Positions 26,914 through 37,075 of a stretch of 64,000 nt of DNA are shown here, piece after piece. How positions within the stretch are numbered: position 1 is the first letter of the stretch; each line of letters starts with the position of its first letter. The position numbers and the translations under genes are program-made. The notes beneath the pieces are model-generated. The model ran no database searches and was not told where the DNA came from. It worked only from the letters and a program-made list of their open reading frames with translations. The stretch comes from Solirubrobacterales bacterium (lineage in GTDB: Bacteria; Actinomycetota; Thermoleophilia; Solirubrobacterales; JBBDJG01): the NCBI GenBank assembly GCA_038203635.1, contig JBBRDT010000004.1:4154-68153 (forward strand), written 5' to 3'.

Positions 26914-29900
26914 CTACCTGCGCCCGTAGACAAGCGTGACCCGGCCCTTCGCGGTGTTCGCGTCGCCGATCTTGAGGGCCGCGTTCGCGCCGAGGCGCCG
27001 GGCCTTGCGGATCTTCCTGACCTCGGACTTCGAGAACTTCACCCGGATCGACTTCGACTTCTTGCCCTTGATCGTGAACTTCCCGGCCCCCGTGGCGCCC
27101 TTGGCCTTCAGCGTGAGGCGCCCCTTGCAGCTCTTCGAGCGCTTGCAGCGCACCTTCACCTTCGCCACGCCGCTCTTGGTGACCCGCACCGTCCCGCCGG
27201 ACATTGACGCCGCGCGCAGGTCGGACTCCTCGCAGCCGCGGATCTCCAGCCGTGGCTTGGTGGTGACCTGCTTGCCGCTGTGCGACGTGAACGTGGCATC
27301 GAAGCGGCGATCGTCGTCCTTAGCCGTACAGAGATCCTCGAAGTTGTTGAGGATGCCGCCCTTGCCGCCGTCGAGGTTCAGCTCGAAGTAGGACTGCGGC
27401 AGGTCGGGCACCAGCTCGAAGGTGTTGATGATCCGCCGGCCGCCCAGGAAGCTGTTGCGGGCCTTCAGCAGCACCTCGAGACCGGTCGGCCCGCGCAGGT
27501 ACACGTACACCTTGGGCAGCACGCTCCCGATCTCCTGCACGATGTGGACCGGCCCGGAGATCGGGTACGGCAGCAGCGGCGAGAACGCGCGCGCGTTGCC
27601 GACCTTCGACTTCGCGGGGCAGGTGTCGGTCGCTGCCTGCATGTCGTTGCAGAGCGCGCCGGGCTCGTTGAAGAAGGGCACGTTCGGCCGCAGGATCGCC
27701 GGCAGCACGACGCGGGCGTTCGTGATGTCCGCCTCGCCGGCCTCCTGCGTCACGATCGCCTGGAACGGCGGGTGGTCGAACTGGTCCGTCTGTCCCGCGG
27801 CGCCGGCGATCAGGCGGAGGTCGGGACCGAACGGCAGCGCTGCGCACGCGTCTGCGTCGAGCGCGATGCTCGATGAGGACTCGCCGCCCTCGTCGCCGAA
27901 GAATGTCGCCGTCAGGGTGCGTGGCTCGCATCCGGTCGGATTGAGGAAGAAGCCCGGGCGGTCCACGAGGATCTCGACCCGCTTGATCGGCAGCGGCACA
28001 CCCTCGAGCATCGTCGGGATCTCGGTGGAGACCACCTCGAGGCCGTTGTCGGAGTCGCGCAGGTAGATGCGGTTCATCAGCACCACCTGGCCGAGGTCGA
28101 TCGGGCCGACCTTGGCCGGCACCCGCACGGCGATCGAGGCCGCGTCACCGGGTTGGATCGCCTCGGAGAGATAGAGCTCGCCCGGCACCGTCAGCAGGCT
28201 GCCGTCGACGCCCACCGTGTTGCGGATCGTGCCGATCCGCGTGGACTCGGGGCAGGTTCCTGCCTGGGCGTCGGCCAACGAGCACTGCGGCGCCGCCGCG
28301 AGGCTGCCTGCCGCGCCCGCGGGCAGCGACAGCTTCAGGCTCTTCAAATTCTGGTCGCCGTCGGGACGCGAGAACACGATCCGCGAGAGCGAGTTCGCGC
28401 CCGCCCGCTTCGGAATGCCCTCGGCAACCTCGACCACGGGGTTGAACGGCCGCGGGGAGGGAGCGCATCCGGTCGTCGTGACCGACGGAACCGGCATCAC
28501 CGGGGCCTCGGTGTCGACGCTCGGGTCGCTGGAGTTGGTCTTGCCGTTCCAGCCGACCAGGCTCGCTGCCCCTTCGTAGGTCCCACAGTCGTTCGGGTTC
28601 CTGAGGATCGCGCGCCCGTCACCGCGCAGGTTCACGTCGAGGCGCGTGAACGGCACCTCGGGCTGGTTCTTGAAGCTGTTGCTGACCTGGCCGTCTTCGG
28701 ACACGGTCACGTCGCCCGACAGCTTGATGCGCAGGCCTGCGCCCTCGATCAGGAGGAACAGCTTCCACGGGTCGTCGGTCGTCGGACGGCCGGGGCCGCC
28801 GACGGGGCCGAAGAATGCCTTCCCGTGAAGCGGCGAGTCGAGTACCGGGCTGGTGACGTCGATCGTGCCGATCTGGGAGCCCTCGGGACACTCGGGCGCA
28901 GCGCGGTTGAGCTGCTTGCCGGTGGTGGGATCGACGCCGAACTGCGTGAACGAGCAGGCCTCGAGGCCGTAGCCGCCGGCCGGGTTCAGCACCATGCCCT
29001 CGGGCAGCGTGATGTTCGCGTCCTTGAGGTTGGCCTGCCAGATGTCGGCGTCCGCGTAGTCCGGGTACTCGAGCGTCACCGTGTTACTCCCGGCGGCGCC
29101 GGACGCGGTCGTCTCCGTGGGGGTCACCGACACGGCCGTGTCGAACGGCTCCGCGTCGCAGCCCGTCGGCGTGAAGCTGCTGGTGAGGGATTTTGTTTCG
29201 GGGTTGACCGCCCACGACCTCGCCGAGAGCTTGGCAGTGGCCGGCTTGCACGAAGTCGGGTTGCGGAAGAAGGGCCGCGTCGGCGCCAACGGCTGCACGC
29301 TGGTCGGATCATCGGTGTTGGTGGCCTTGCAGGGCACCTGCGCGCACAGCACGGTCTCGATTTGGATAATCGACGCGACCGGTCCGCCGAGGTTCTTGGG
29401 AATGTCGATCAGCGCCGAGTCGAGCCCGTAATCGCCCTCCGTGCGGAGGTCGATCTTGATCGGGAGGGGGCCGGACGGTTCGGACGGGAATATCCCCGTC
29501 CCCAATCGCGCCGGCTCGAGGCCGAGGGTCGCGACGTTGTAAAGCCTTGTCGGGACGCGGAGCGGGAATTGGGACGCGTTCGCGGTCTCGACCACCGTCG
29601 ACGTGACCGACTGCCCGAGGATCGACCGGTCTGGACACGAATTGGCGATCCACAGGAACGTGGGACAGGTCTCGAGCGCGGTCGGGTTGCCGAGGACGCC
29701 GGGCGGCAGCTCAAGCTTGAAGGCCGCCAGTTTCGATCCATACTGCTCCACGCTGCAGCCCATCGGCGTGTCGCTCGAGGCGATCTGGGCGTACGCGCGG
29801 GTTGCGTACACATTGTCGGCATTGCCCGTGAACCTCGTGTGAATCCTGAACCTCAGGGGGTCGGTGCCGCCGGTCCCCGTTATTGCATCCGAAAACCACA

Positions 29901-30264
29901 GGCCGTTGGCCTCGGGGATGGATGCACCGCGGATCTTCACGGCCGTGAATGTCCCCTGCATACCGTGGGGAGTCGCAGTCGTGACGATGAACGGGCCGGG
30001 CTCCGGCGTGGATGTCGGGTCGTCGAGCACGATGTCCGTGATCTCGTTTCCGGGATTGCAGAACCTGAAGAAGAGCCCCATGTTGGGGTTACCGCCCGCC
30101 TGCGTGGGCGGGTACGCGTGCGGGGTGCTCAGCGGCTTCATCTGGAACTCGGTGACGTCGAGCTGGGCGGTGTCGTCGGTCACCTGGGCACGCGCAACCG
30201 CGCCCCACATCGCGGCGAGGAACATCGCGCTCACCAGCGCCATCGTGATCAGCGGCCGCTTCAT
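26914..30264 (-). CDS. Large secreted protein with four Cys-containing tandem modules and a basic C-terminal domain
   Basis: Signal peptide MKRPLIT...AVARA; four repeats of LP...C...CP..S.[IV]G...N...C; K/R-rich last ~95 aa. Confidence 0.85.
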   Translation of the reverse strand: MKRPLITMALVSAMFLAAMWGAVARAQVTDDTAQLDVTEFQMKPLSTPHAYPPTQAGGNPNMGLFFRFCNPGNEITDIVLDDPTSTPEPGPFIVTTATPHGMQGTFTAVKIRGASIPEANGLWFSDAITGTGGTDPLRFRIHTRFTGNADNVYATRAYAQIASSDTPMGCSVEQYGSKLAAFKLELPPGVLGNPTALETCPTFLWIANSCPDRSILGQSVTSTVVETANASQFPLRVPTRLYNVATLGLEPARLGTGIFPSEPSGPLPIKIDLRTEGDYGLDSALIDIPKNLGGPVASIIQIETVLCAQVPCKATNTDDPTSVQPLAPTRPFFRNPTSCKPATAKLSARSWAVNPETKSLTSSFTPTGCDAEPFDTAVSVTPTETTASGAAGSNTVTLEYPDYADADIWQANLKDANITLPEGMVLNPAGGYGLEACSFTQFGVDPTTGKQLNRAAPECPEGSQIGTIDVTSPVLDSPLHGKAFFGPVGGPGRPTTDDPWKLFLLIEGAGLRIKLSGDVTVSEDGQVSNSFKNQPEVPFTRLDVNLRGDGRAILRNPNDCGTYEGAASLVGWNGKTNSSDPSVDTEAPVMPVPSVTTTGCAPSPRPFNPVVEVAEGIPKRAGANSLSRIVFSRPDGDQNLKSLKLSLPAGAAGSLAAAPQCSLADAQAGTCPESTRIGTIRNTVGVDGSLLTVPGELYLSEAIQPGDAASIAVRVPAKVGPIDLGQVVLMNRIYLRDSDNGLEVVSTEIPTMLEGVPLPIKRVEILVDRPGFFLNPTGCEPRTLTATFFGDEGGESSSSIALDADACAALPFGPDLRLIAGAAGQTDQFDHPPFQAIVTQEAGEADITNARVVLPAILRPNVPFFNEPGALCNDMQAATDTCPAKSKVGNARAFSPLLPYPISGPVHIVQEIGSVLPKVYVYLRGPTGLEVLLKARNSFLGGRRIINTFELVPDLPQSYFELNLDGGKGGILNNFEDLCTAKDDDRRFDATFTSHSGKQVTTKPRLEIRGCEESDLRAASMSGGTVRVTKSGVAKVKVRCKRSKSCKGRLTLKAKGATGAGKFTIKGKKSKSIRVKFSKSEVRKIRKARRLGANAALKIGDANTAKGRVTLVYGRR

Positions 30265-30274
30265 CCTCTAGCCC

Positions 30275-33139
30275 TCACTTCCCCGACGTCCGCAGAGTCA
30301 AAGTGGTCCGGTTGGTGCGCATCGCCGCGTTGGCAGCGTCACGGCGCACCTTCAGCACAGCCTGAACACGCAGCCGCTTCTTGCGCTTGATGACGTTGCG
30401 CCCGCTCTTCGCGACGCGCATTGACACGGTCAGCCGCCCGAGCGTGCCGGAGAAGGACTTCCGGCCGAGGTTCAGGCGGCGCGCCTTGCCTTTGCCGGAC
30501 TTCACACGCCCGGCGCTGCGAAGCTGGATCGTTCCCCTGGCTTTGAAGGCGCAGGTCATGCGCAGCCGCACGAGACCGCTGCGCGACATCTTCACCGACC
30601 TCGATGTCGGGACACAGATGCCGGCCTGCCGGACTCCGCTGGCCTCGCAGCCGGAGCCGATCTCGTCGGACGGATCCGCCGTGGTCTTGTCGGTACCGCC
30701 TCCGCAGGTGGCCGCGCCGGCTGCGCCGTCTGCGATGTTGATCTTGTCGTCGCCCGATCCGGTGCGCACGCTCTCGACGTCGGTGCGGACCTGATCGTTC
30801 TCGCCCTTTTCGCCGTCGTCCGGCGCTCCAAGCGTGTCCACCGTCACGTCGCCGCTGCGACTTGCATAGGAGACCACGTCGACCCCGTCGCCGCCGGACA
30901 TGGTGTCTGCGCCGAGGCCGCCGTCGAGGACGTCGGTCCCCGTGAAGCCGCGGAGGGTGTCGTTGCCCGCGCCCCCGTTAAGCATGTCGTCGCCCTCGGC
31001 GCCGTCCAGCGTGTCGCCGCCCGCGTCGCCGTTGATGATGTCGTTCCCGAGGTCGCCGGCGAGCCAGTCGTCACCCTCCGCTCCGGAGATCCGGTCGTTG
31101 CCGGCGCGGCCGTTGATGAAGTTGTTCTTCGCGTCGCCGGTCAGCACGTCGTCGAACGCGGACCCGCCGATGCTCTCGACGTCACCCGCGATCACGTCGT
31201 TCTCGCCAGCCATCCCGTCGCCGCCCGGTGTCGCGAGGGACACGTCGACCGGGCCGGGGTGCCCAAAGTACTCGGCGGTATCGACGCCCACGCCGCCGAC
31301 GAGGAGATCCGCTCCACGCCCGCCGTTCAAAATGTCGTTGCCGCCGCCGCCGTCGATGAACCCGTCACCGTCGTTGGCGTTGAGCCTGTCGTTGTCGAGG
31401 CCCCCGATCAGGCTTTCGATCGAGCCCGCCACGTTGTCTCCCGCGCCGGTGCTGCCGTCGTCGGCGGCGCCGTTGAGCGTGACACTCACGGGAGTCGTGG
31501 CGTCCGAGAAGTCCGCTGTGTCGCTACCGTCGCCGCCCTCATAGGAGTCGCCGCCGAAGCCGCCGAACAGATAGTCGTCGCCGAGGCCGCCGTCCATGAC
31601 GTCGCCACCCTCACCGCCCTCGAGGGTGTCGGCGCCCGCGTCGCCGCCGAGCTGGTCGCCGCCGCCGTGACCTTGGATCTGGTCGTCTCCGGGGCCGCCG
31701 AGCAGCACATTGGGGCCCGAGTCGCCCTTCAGGATGTCATTGCCGTTCCCGCCGATCACACCCTCGACGTCGGGCATGATCTGGTCGCTCACGTTGTTGG
31801 CCGGGTTCAGGTCGCGAGCAGACCCGTCGTTCGCCGCGCCGTCGAGCGTGGCAGTGACCGCATCTGCGCGACCCTCGTACGAGGCCGCGTCGAAAAGACC
31901 GTCGCCTCCGATCAGGACGTCGCCTCCGAGGCTGCCGTCCAGCACGTCGTTGCCGCCGCCACCGTTGAGGACGTTCTCGCCCGCGGGCTCGACCCGCGGA
32001 CCCCGACCGTAGAGCGCGTCGGGGTCGTTGCCGACCAGCACGTCGTCGTAAGGAGAGCCGACGACGTTCTCGATGTCCTCGCCTATGCAGTCGTTCTCGC
32101 CGGGGACGCCGTCATCGGCCGTACAGTCGCGGCGCAGCTCGGGCTCGCCCGGAGCGAGCCCTGCCGGATCCTTCCGGCAGGACGCGACCGTGAGGTAGGA
32201 GTCGGCGAGGCAGGGCTTGCCGTTGAACGAGCCTCCCTTTTGCGTGGGGCGGCAGTCCTTGCGCGCTCCGAGCGACAGAATCGCGTCGGTGGAGAAGACG
32301 TCCGGATCGGTCGCGAGCACGCCGTCCAGCGTGACCGTCACGCCCTGGGGGTGGTCCGAGTATTCGACGGTGTCCTTGCCCACACCGCCGCAGATCGTGT
32401 CCGAGCCTGGGCCCCCGTCGAAGGTATCAGGGCCGAGGCCGCCGATCAGCTCGTCGTTGCCCATGCCGCCCACGATCCTCTCGATGCCGATGAGGCCGTC
32501 GGTCGTTGTGTCGTCATCGGTGGTCCCGCCTGCCCCCGGCTCGAGGTCTACCTTGATCGACCCCGTGCGGTCCTCATATGTGGCTGTGTCGAATCCCCGT
32601 CCGCCGTTCACCGTGTCCGCGCACCGACGCGTCCCGGTGGTTCTGCAGGTGGCGGGGTCGATGCCGCCGGTGCCGCTGTTGAGCACGTCGTTGTCGCCGG
32701 ACTCGCCGTCAGCGGTGTCGCCGAAGAGGTTGTCAGGACCCGCGCCGCCGTGGAGGAAGTCTTTACCGAGACCACCGTTGATCGTGTCTGCGCCGGAGCT
32801 GCCCCTAAGGCTGTCGTCACCGTCCAATCCGTTGATGATGGCCTCGTTGACGGTGGCTGAGGTGCAGGTGACGTCGACGCCCGCTTGTAGACACCCGGCA
32901 CCGGCAGTGACGCCGGCCGCGTCCGACACGGTGTAGACGCCACCGACGCCGCCGGAGACGCTGACCGTGATCACGTTGTTGGCGGCGTCGCCGTCGACGA
33001 TCACCTTGGCCCCGGCGACCCGCGCCGTCGTTGCGAGCGCGCCGGCCGGAAACGCCGCGAGCAGCACGAGAGCCGACACCACCACGATGCGGAGCGCAGT
33101 CGCGCGGCCGCTCAGACCCACTACCTCGATCTTTCTCAC
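30275..33139 (-). CDS. Secreted calcium-binding protein with many hemolysin-type (RTX) GGxGxD repeats and a basic C-terminal domain; start uncertain (33139 or 33121)
   Basis: Sec-type signal ...LVLLAAFPAGALA; numerous GGxGxDxL nonapeptides; K/R-rich C-terminus. Confidence 0.88.
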   Translation of the reverse strand: MRKIEVVGLSGRATALRIVVVSALVLLAAFPAGALATTARVAGAKVIVDGDAANNVITVSVSGGVGGVYTVSDAAGVTAGAGCLQAGVDVTCTSATVNEAIINGLDGDDSLRGSSGADTINGGLGKDFLHGGAGPDNLFGDTADGESGDNDVLNSGTGGIDPATCRTTGTRRCADTVNGGRGFDTATYEDRTGSIKVDLEPGAGGTTDDDTTTDGLIGIERIVGGMGNDELIGGLGPDTFDGGPGSDTICGGVGKDTVEYSDHPQGVTVTLDGVLATDPDVFSTDAILSLGARKDCRPTQKGGSFNGKPCLADSYLTVASCRKDPAGLAPGEPELRRDCTADDGVPGENDCIGEDIENVVGSPYDDVLVGNDPDALYGRGPRVEPAGENVLNGGGGNDVLDGSLGGDVLIGGDGLFDAASYEGRADAVTATLDGAANDGSARDLNPANNVSDQIMPDVEGVIGGNGNDILKGDSGPNVLLGGPGDDQIQGHGGGDQLGGDAGADTLEGGEGGDVMDGGLGDDYLFGGFGGDSYEGGDGSDTADFSDATTPVSVTLNGAADDGSTGAGDNVAGSIESLIGGLDNDRLNANDGDGFIDGGGGNDILNGGRGADLLVGGVGVDTAEYFGHPGPVDVSLATPGGDGMAGENDVIAGDVESIGGSAFDDVLTGDAKNNFINGRAGNDRISGAEGDDWLAGDLGNDIINGDAGGDTLDGAEGDDMLNGGAGNDTLRGFTGTDVLDGGLGADTMSGGDGVDVVSYASRSGDVTVDTLGAPDDGEKGENDQVRTDVESVRTGSGDDKINIADGAAGAATCGGGTDKTTADPSDEIGSGCEASGVRQAGICVPTSRSVKMSRSGLVRLRMTCAFKARGTIQLRSAGRVKSGKGKARRLNLGRKSFSGTLGRLTVSMRVAKSGRNVIKRKKRLRVQAVLKVRRDAANAAMRTNRTTLTLRTSGK

Positions 33140-33502
33140 TCTCCCAAGAACCTCTCCCGCGTCCCTTGCGAGACGCCCCCTCGAAACATACCTAATTGGA
33201 GGGGAAACGCGTCGGCTGTCGACCACGCGGTCGAACATCCGCATTGACTATAGAACCTCTATGCAGGATGTGCGCAATTTCGTCATGCGGTGCAACACCG
33301 GTAGCCCTCCCTCTCCGACCGGCACGTTCCAGACGATAAAGCAGCCCTCGAGAAGCTGCGCCAGTCGATTCAGGCGCGGCACACGAGCGGTCGGCGGCAC
33401 TACTTTTACGCGGCCCTTTTTACGCTGCAAAAACCCCGCTTAGCGGAGCAAATTAAGGGCGTCGGCAGTACCCAAAAGTACGCCACCAGAGCCAAGTTTC
33501 TG

Positions 33503-33611
33503 TGCTAGAGTCGGCCACGGTTCGCCCCTACCTAAGTTTGACGGCGAGGGGTAAATGTAATCAAAGAGCATGGAAGCTCGGACCACCCCCTTCGGGGGAG
33601 GGAGGCGTTAT
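33503..33611 (+). promoter_or_regulatory. Extended -10 promoter and structured 5' UTR
   Basis: TG-c-TAGAGT at 33503-33511; hairpins gagc-atggaa-gctc (33566-33579) and ccccc-ttcg-ggggg (33586-33599) directly before the GGAGG RBS. Confidence 0.55.
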
Positions 33612-34373
33612 ATGCGTATCAAGAAGAGGATTGCGCTGCCCATGGCTTTCGCCATGTCGGCGGTCGTGATGTTGGCGATTGCCTCGTTGGGCAACGCCAC
33701 TCACAGTGTGCCCTTGAATGCAAGTCCAATCAAGGTCTCGTTGGTGCCGGTCTACAACAACTGCCCCGGCACCGGCGGTTTGACTCACGGGACGCCCTTG
33801 GCGGCCCCGTCCTGTGCGCCGGTATTGACAGGGACAGGAGCACAGATTGCCGAACCAAGCCCCAATGGCACCTCGGCGGGCAGCGCTACGCTCAAGGTGT
33901 TGCCGGGTGTCCCGGGTCCGCCTGACGACTCCGACGTGGCGGTCAAGTCCAAGATCACGGACGTTCGCTGTGCCGCCGGCGCCACAACCGCCTGCGGTAG
34001 CGCGAATACGGCTGGGTCCCCCGACTACGTGGGTGGCCTGCAGGGGAGCGCGGTGATCCGGATCACCGACCACTACAACGGCGTGACGGGTTCGTGTCCG
34101 CCGACTTGCATAACCCCCGCAACGGTGTTCGACCTGCCGTTCTCAGTCACCTACGCCGTTGCCGGTTGCGTTGCTTCGCCGGGCGACCCCAGCATCGGTA
34201 CGAAGTGCACCGCGGACACGTCCGCTAACGCAGCGGTTCCGGGTGCGGTCAAGGATGGTCAGCGTGCCGATGTTGAGGTGCGGACCATCTTCATCAACGA
34301 CGGTGGTCCCGATGGCATCGTGTCCCCGGGTACGACCTCGCAGTTCATGACCCAGGGAATCTTCATTCCCTAG
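33612..34373 (+). CDS. Secreted protein consisting solely of the 'TQGxFxP' domain (candidate major surface/structural protein)
   Basis: GGAGG RBS, signal peptide, 8 Cys, full-length similarity to the C-terminal domain of 47822-49357. Confidence 0.85.
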   Translation: MRIKKRIALPMAFAMSAVVMLAIASLGNATHSVPLNASPIKVSLVPVYNNCPGTGGLTHGTPLAAPSCAPVLTGTGAQIAEPSPNGTSAGSATLKVLPGVPGPPDDSDVAVKSKITDVRCAAGATTACGSANTAGSPDYVGGLQGSAVIRITDHYNGVTGSCPPTCITPATVFDLPFSVTYAVAGCVASPGDPSIGTKCTADTSANAAVPGAVKDGQRADVEVRTIFINDGGPDGIVSPGTTSQFMTQGIFIP

Positions 34374-34407
34374 TCACGAGTCGAAGCGCTCACTGAGCGC
34401 GATTGGT

Positions 34408-34450
34408 AAAGACCGGGAGTGGGCCTACCACTCCCGGTCTTTCGCTATTT
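34408..34450 (+). terminator. Intrinsic terminator (possibly bidirectional)
   Basis: Perfect 15-bp stem aaagaccgggagtgg / ccactcccggtcttt with 5-nt loop, then T-rich tail. Confidence 0.85.
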
Positions 34451-34503
34451 TGGACCCTGTTTTTCTGATCCGCCTACCAACGATCTCTCGTAGGAGTCAA
34501 TTG

Positions 34504-35052
34504 ATGAAACCGCCGTTCGTCTGCAGCAGAGGCCCCCGACTGGCGCTGATCGCCGTGCTGGCACTCGGTACTGTCGCCGCGCTCGGATGCGGCGATGACA
34601 AGGGCAGTGGCAGCAGCAGTGGCAGCAGCGGCGGCAAGGGCGGTGGCAAAAGCGAGTTCGAAGTGGGTGGGAAGGTCGACCACTTCGCCGGTCCGACTCC
34701 ACTGGTGGTGCGGTTGAAGGCCACCACCAAGAACGCACAGGGCGACGTCGTTTACCGGTGGCGATTCGACGACGGGACCTCGAGCGCGAAGGCCGAGGTC
34801 ACTCATACGTTCAAGCGGGCCGGCTACTACCAGGTGCTCCTGGACGGCTACGACGAGACTGGCAAGCGCGACGTCCATGCCTTCGTCTTCGGAGCCTGGC
34901 CGCCCGGCCAGTGGGCCAGGGCCCAGGACGCCACGCTTACGCAGAAGGGCGCAGCCCGTACACAGAAGGTGCAGCAGGCGCGCACCGACAAGCGCCGCAA
35001 GGAGCTGCTTGTGGAGCTGCGTCGCAAGGCGCGCGAGCAGATCGCGGGCTGA
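34504..35052 (+). CDS. PKD-domain lipoprotein, copy 1
   Basis: AGGAG RBS, lipobox ALGC, G/S linker, PKD motif YRWRFDDG...HTF..AGYYQV. Confidence 0.85.
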   Translation: MKPPFVCSRGPRLALIAVLALGTVAALGCGDDKGSGSSSGSSGGKGGGKSEFEVGGKVDHFAGPTPLVVRLKATTKNAQGDVVYRWRFDDGTSSAKAEVTHTFKRAGYYQVLLDGYDETGKRDVHAFVFGAWPPGQWARAQDATLTQKGAARTQKVQQARTDKRRKELLVELRRKAREQIAG

Positions 35053-35065
35053 GCGCCCCTAGCGC

Positions 35066-35458
35066 CTAGCTCTGCTGCTGGAGTGCCGCTTCGAGCACTC
35101 CGGCTTGCTGGCGCCCGTCGCGGCCACACTTGCGCAGCGCCGTGGTCTCTTCCTGCATGACCTGCTTCATCGTCAGCGACTTCTTCTCGATCGGGATCTC
35201 GAGCTTGGCGTCCGGGTTCTCGCGGTAGACCCTCGCCAGATCACGCACCGAAGTGAGCATCGTCTCGAAGGAGCGGTCGAACAGGTCGCTGGGCTCGGTC
35301 TGGTAGAGGGAGCAGAAATCGCCGATGTCGGCGCGCGCCTGGATCACGCTCAGCTTCTCGTTGGCCGACAGGCCGCCCTCGTCCCCGCCGCCGCAGCCTG
35401 CTAACAGCAGTGCTCCGGCGACCACTACGCAGATCATCGATGCCCATCTGGCGCTCAT
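35066..35458 (-). CDS. Small hypothetical lipoprotein, copy 1
   Basis: Lipobox LAGC; closely similar paralogue at 37076-37468. Confidence 0.8.
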   Translation of the reverse strand: MSARWASMICVVVAGALLLAGCGGGDEGGLSANEKLSVIQARADIGDFCSLYQTEPSDLFDRSFETMLTSVRDLARVYRENPDAKLEIPIEKKSLTMKQVMQEETTALRKCGRDGRQQAGVLEAALQQQS

Positions 35459-35487
35459 GCGGTGCGTAACTGTATAAGGTCGCCCGC

Positions 35488-36480
35488 TTGAAGCGGATCT
35501 TGTTCGTCTTCAACCGTGAGTCGAGCTTTGTCACGATCGACCGGACGGTTCTCGAGCAGCGCTGGAGCGTCGAATCCTGGCGCCAGCAGGGACCGTTGGT
35601 CAATCTCCCGCGGCTGGTGCGGGAGGTTTCGCGCAGCGATCTCGTGTTCGGGTGGTTCGCGTCCTGGCACACCTTCCTGCCGGTCGCACTGGCCTGGGTG
35701 ATGCGCAAGCCGTCGGTGATCGTGATCGGCGGCTACGACACGGCCCGCATGCCGGAGATCGGCTACGGACTCCAGCAGCGGGGGGCGATGCGACGGGTGA
35801 GCCGCTGGGTCATGCGGCACGCGACACGCCTCGTGACGAACTCCCACTACAGCCGCGCCGAGGCGGCCGCCAACGTCGGTATCGACCCGCAACGCATCAC
35901 CGTCGTCTACCACGGCGTGCCGGATCCGTTCGGGGAGCTTTCGTCTACACAGCGCGAGCCCATAGCTCTGACCGTCGGGGTCGTCGATCGTCCCAACCTG
36001 GAGCGGAAGGGCCTGCGGTCCTTCGTCCAGGCCGCGACGCACCTGCCGGATGTCGCTTTCGTCCTTGCCGGGCGGTGGGACGACGCGTCGGCCGACGAGC
36101 TGCGCGATCACGCGCCCCCCAACGTGACCCTCACGGGCTGGGTGGAGCAGGATGTGCTGAACCGGCACATGCGACATGCCTCGGTGTACGTCCAGGCCTC
36201 GGCGCACGAAGGGTTCGGAATGTCGGTGGCCGAGGCGATGCTCGCCGGCTGCATCCCCGTGACAACACGGGCGGGCGCCCTTCCGGAGGTGGTGGACGAG
36301 ATCGGCGTGCAGGTGGACGACGCGGACCCGCGTCGGCTGGCCCAGGGGATCGAGCAGGCGCTTGCGATGGACTACGGGGCACGGGAGCGCGCCCGGCGAC
36401 GTGTCCTCGACTGCTTCAGCCTCGACGCGCGCAGCCGCGGCCTGCACGAGGTTGTGGCAGAGGCGCTCGGGGAATCGTGA
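35488..36480 (+). CDS. GT4 family glycosyltransferase
   Basis: RKG, EGFGMSVAEAM (EX7E), GALPEV; TTG start 7 nt after TAAGGT. Confidence 0.9.
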   Translation: MKRILFVFNRESSFVTIDRTVLEQRWSVESWRQQGPLVNLPRLVREVSRSDLVFGWFASWHTFLPVALAWVMRKPSVIVIGGYDTARMPEIGYGLQQRGAMRRVSRWVMRHATRLVTNSHYSRAEAAANVGIDPQRITVVYHGVPDPFGELSSTQREPIALTVGVVDRPNLERKGLRSFVQAATHLPDVAFVLAGRWDDASADELRDHAPPNVTLTGWVEQDVLNRHMRHASVYVQASAHEGFGMSVAEAMLAGCIPVTTRAGALPEVVDEIGVQVDDADPRRLAQGIEQALAMDYGARERARRRVLDCFSLDARSRGLHEVVAEALGES

Positions 36481-36557
36481 CCCGCCACTTCCGGTTTTCG
36501 CTATTTTGGACCCGGTTCTTGATCCGCTTGCCAACGATCTCTCGTAGGAGTCAATTG

Positions 36558-37070
36558 ATGAAACTGCCGTTCGACCGAAGTAGAGGCCCCCGGCTGGCGC
36601 TGATCACCTTGCTGGCTCTCGGCGCTGTCGCCGCGCTGGGATGCGGCGATGACAAGAGCGACAGCAAGGGTCGGTTGAAGGTGACCGGCGACGTCGACCA
36701 CTTTGCCGGCCCGACTCCACTGGTGGTGCGATTGAAGGCCTCCTCCAAGAACGGGGACGGCGACATCCTGTACCGGTGGCGGTTCGACGACGGCACCTCG
36801 AGCACGAAGAGCGAGGTCACCCATACGTTCCCGCGGGCGGGCTACTACCAGGTGATCCTGGACGCCCGCGACGAGAGTGGCGAGAACGACCGCGAGTCGT
36901 TCCTGTTCGGAGCCTGGCCGCCCGCGCAGTGGTCGAGGGCGCAGACCACTCCACTCACGAAGAAGAGTGCAGCCCAAACACAGAAGGTGCAGCAGGCGCG
37001 CACCGACAAGCGCCGCAAGGAGCTCCGTGTGGAGCTGCGCCGCAGGGCACGCGAGCAGATCCAGGGCTGA
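36558..37070 (+). CDS. PKD-domain lipoprotein, copy 2
   Basis: Same RBS context, lipobox ALGC, PKD motif; lacks the G/S linker. Confidence 0.85.
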   Translation: MKLPFDRSRGPRLALITLLALGAVAALGCGDDKSDSKGRLKVTGDVDHFAGPTPLVVRLKASSKNGDGDILYRWRFDDGTSSTKSEVTHTFPRAGYYQVILDARDESGENDRESFLFGAWPPAQWSRAQTTPLTKKSAAQTQKVQQARTDKRRKELRVELRRRAREQIQG

Positions 37071-37075
37071 GCGGT

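Larger units (their letters stand above)
34428..35474. repeat. Diverged direct repeat, copy 1 (lipoprotein pair)
   Basis: Colinear with 36485-37484 from ccact..cggt..tcgctattttggaccc to ggtgcgtaactgta. Confidence 0.9.

Noticed and set aside
30275-33139. RTX toxin / type I secretion system
   Set aside because: It has a Sec-type signal peptide and no toxin domain, and no HlyB/HlyD/TolC genes are nearby.
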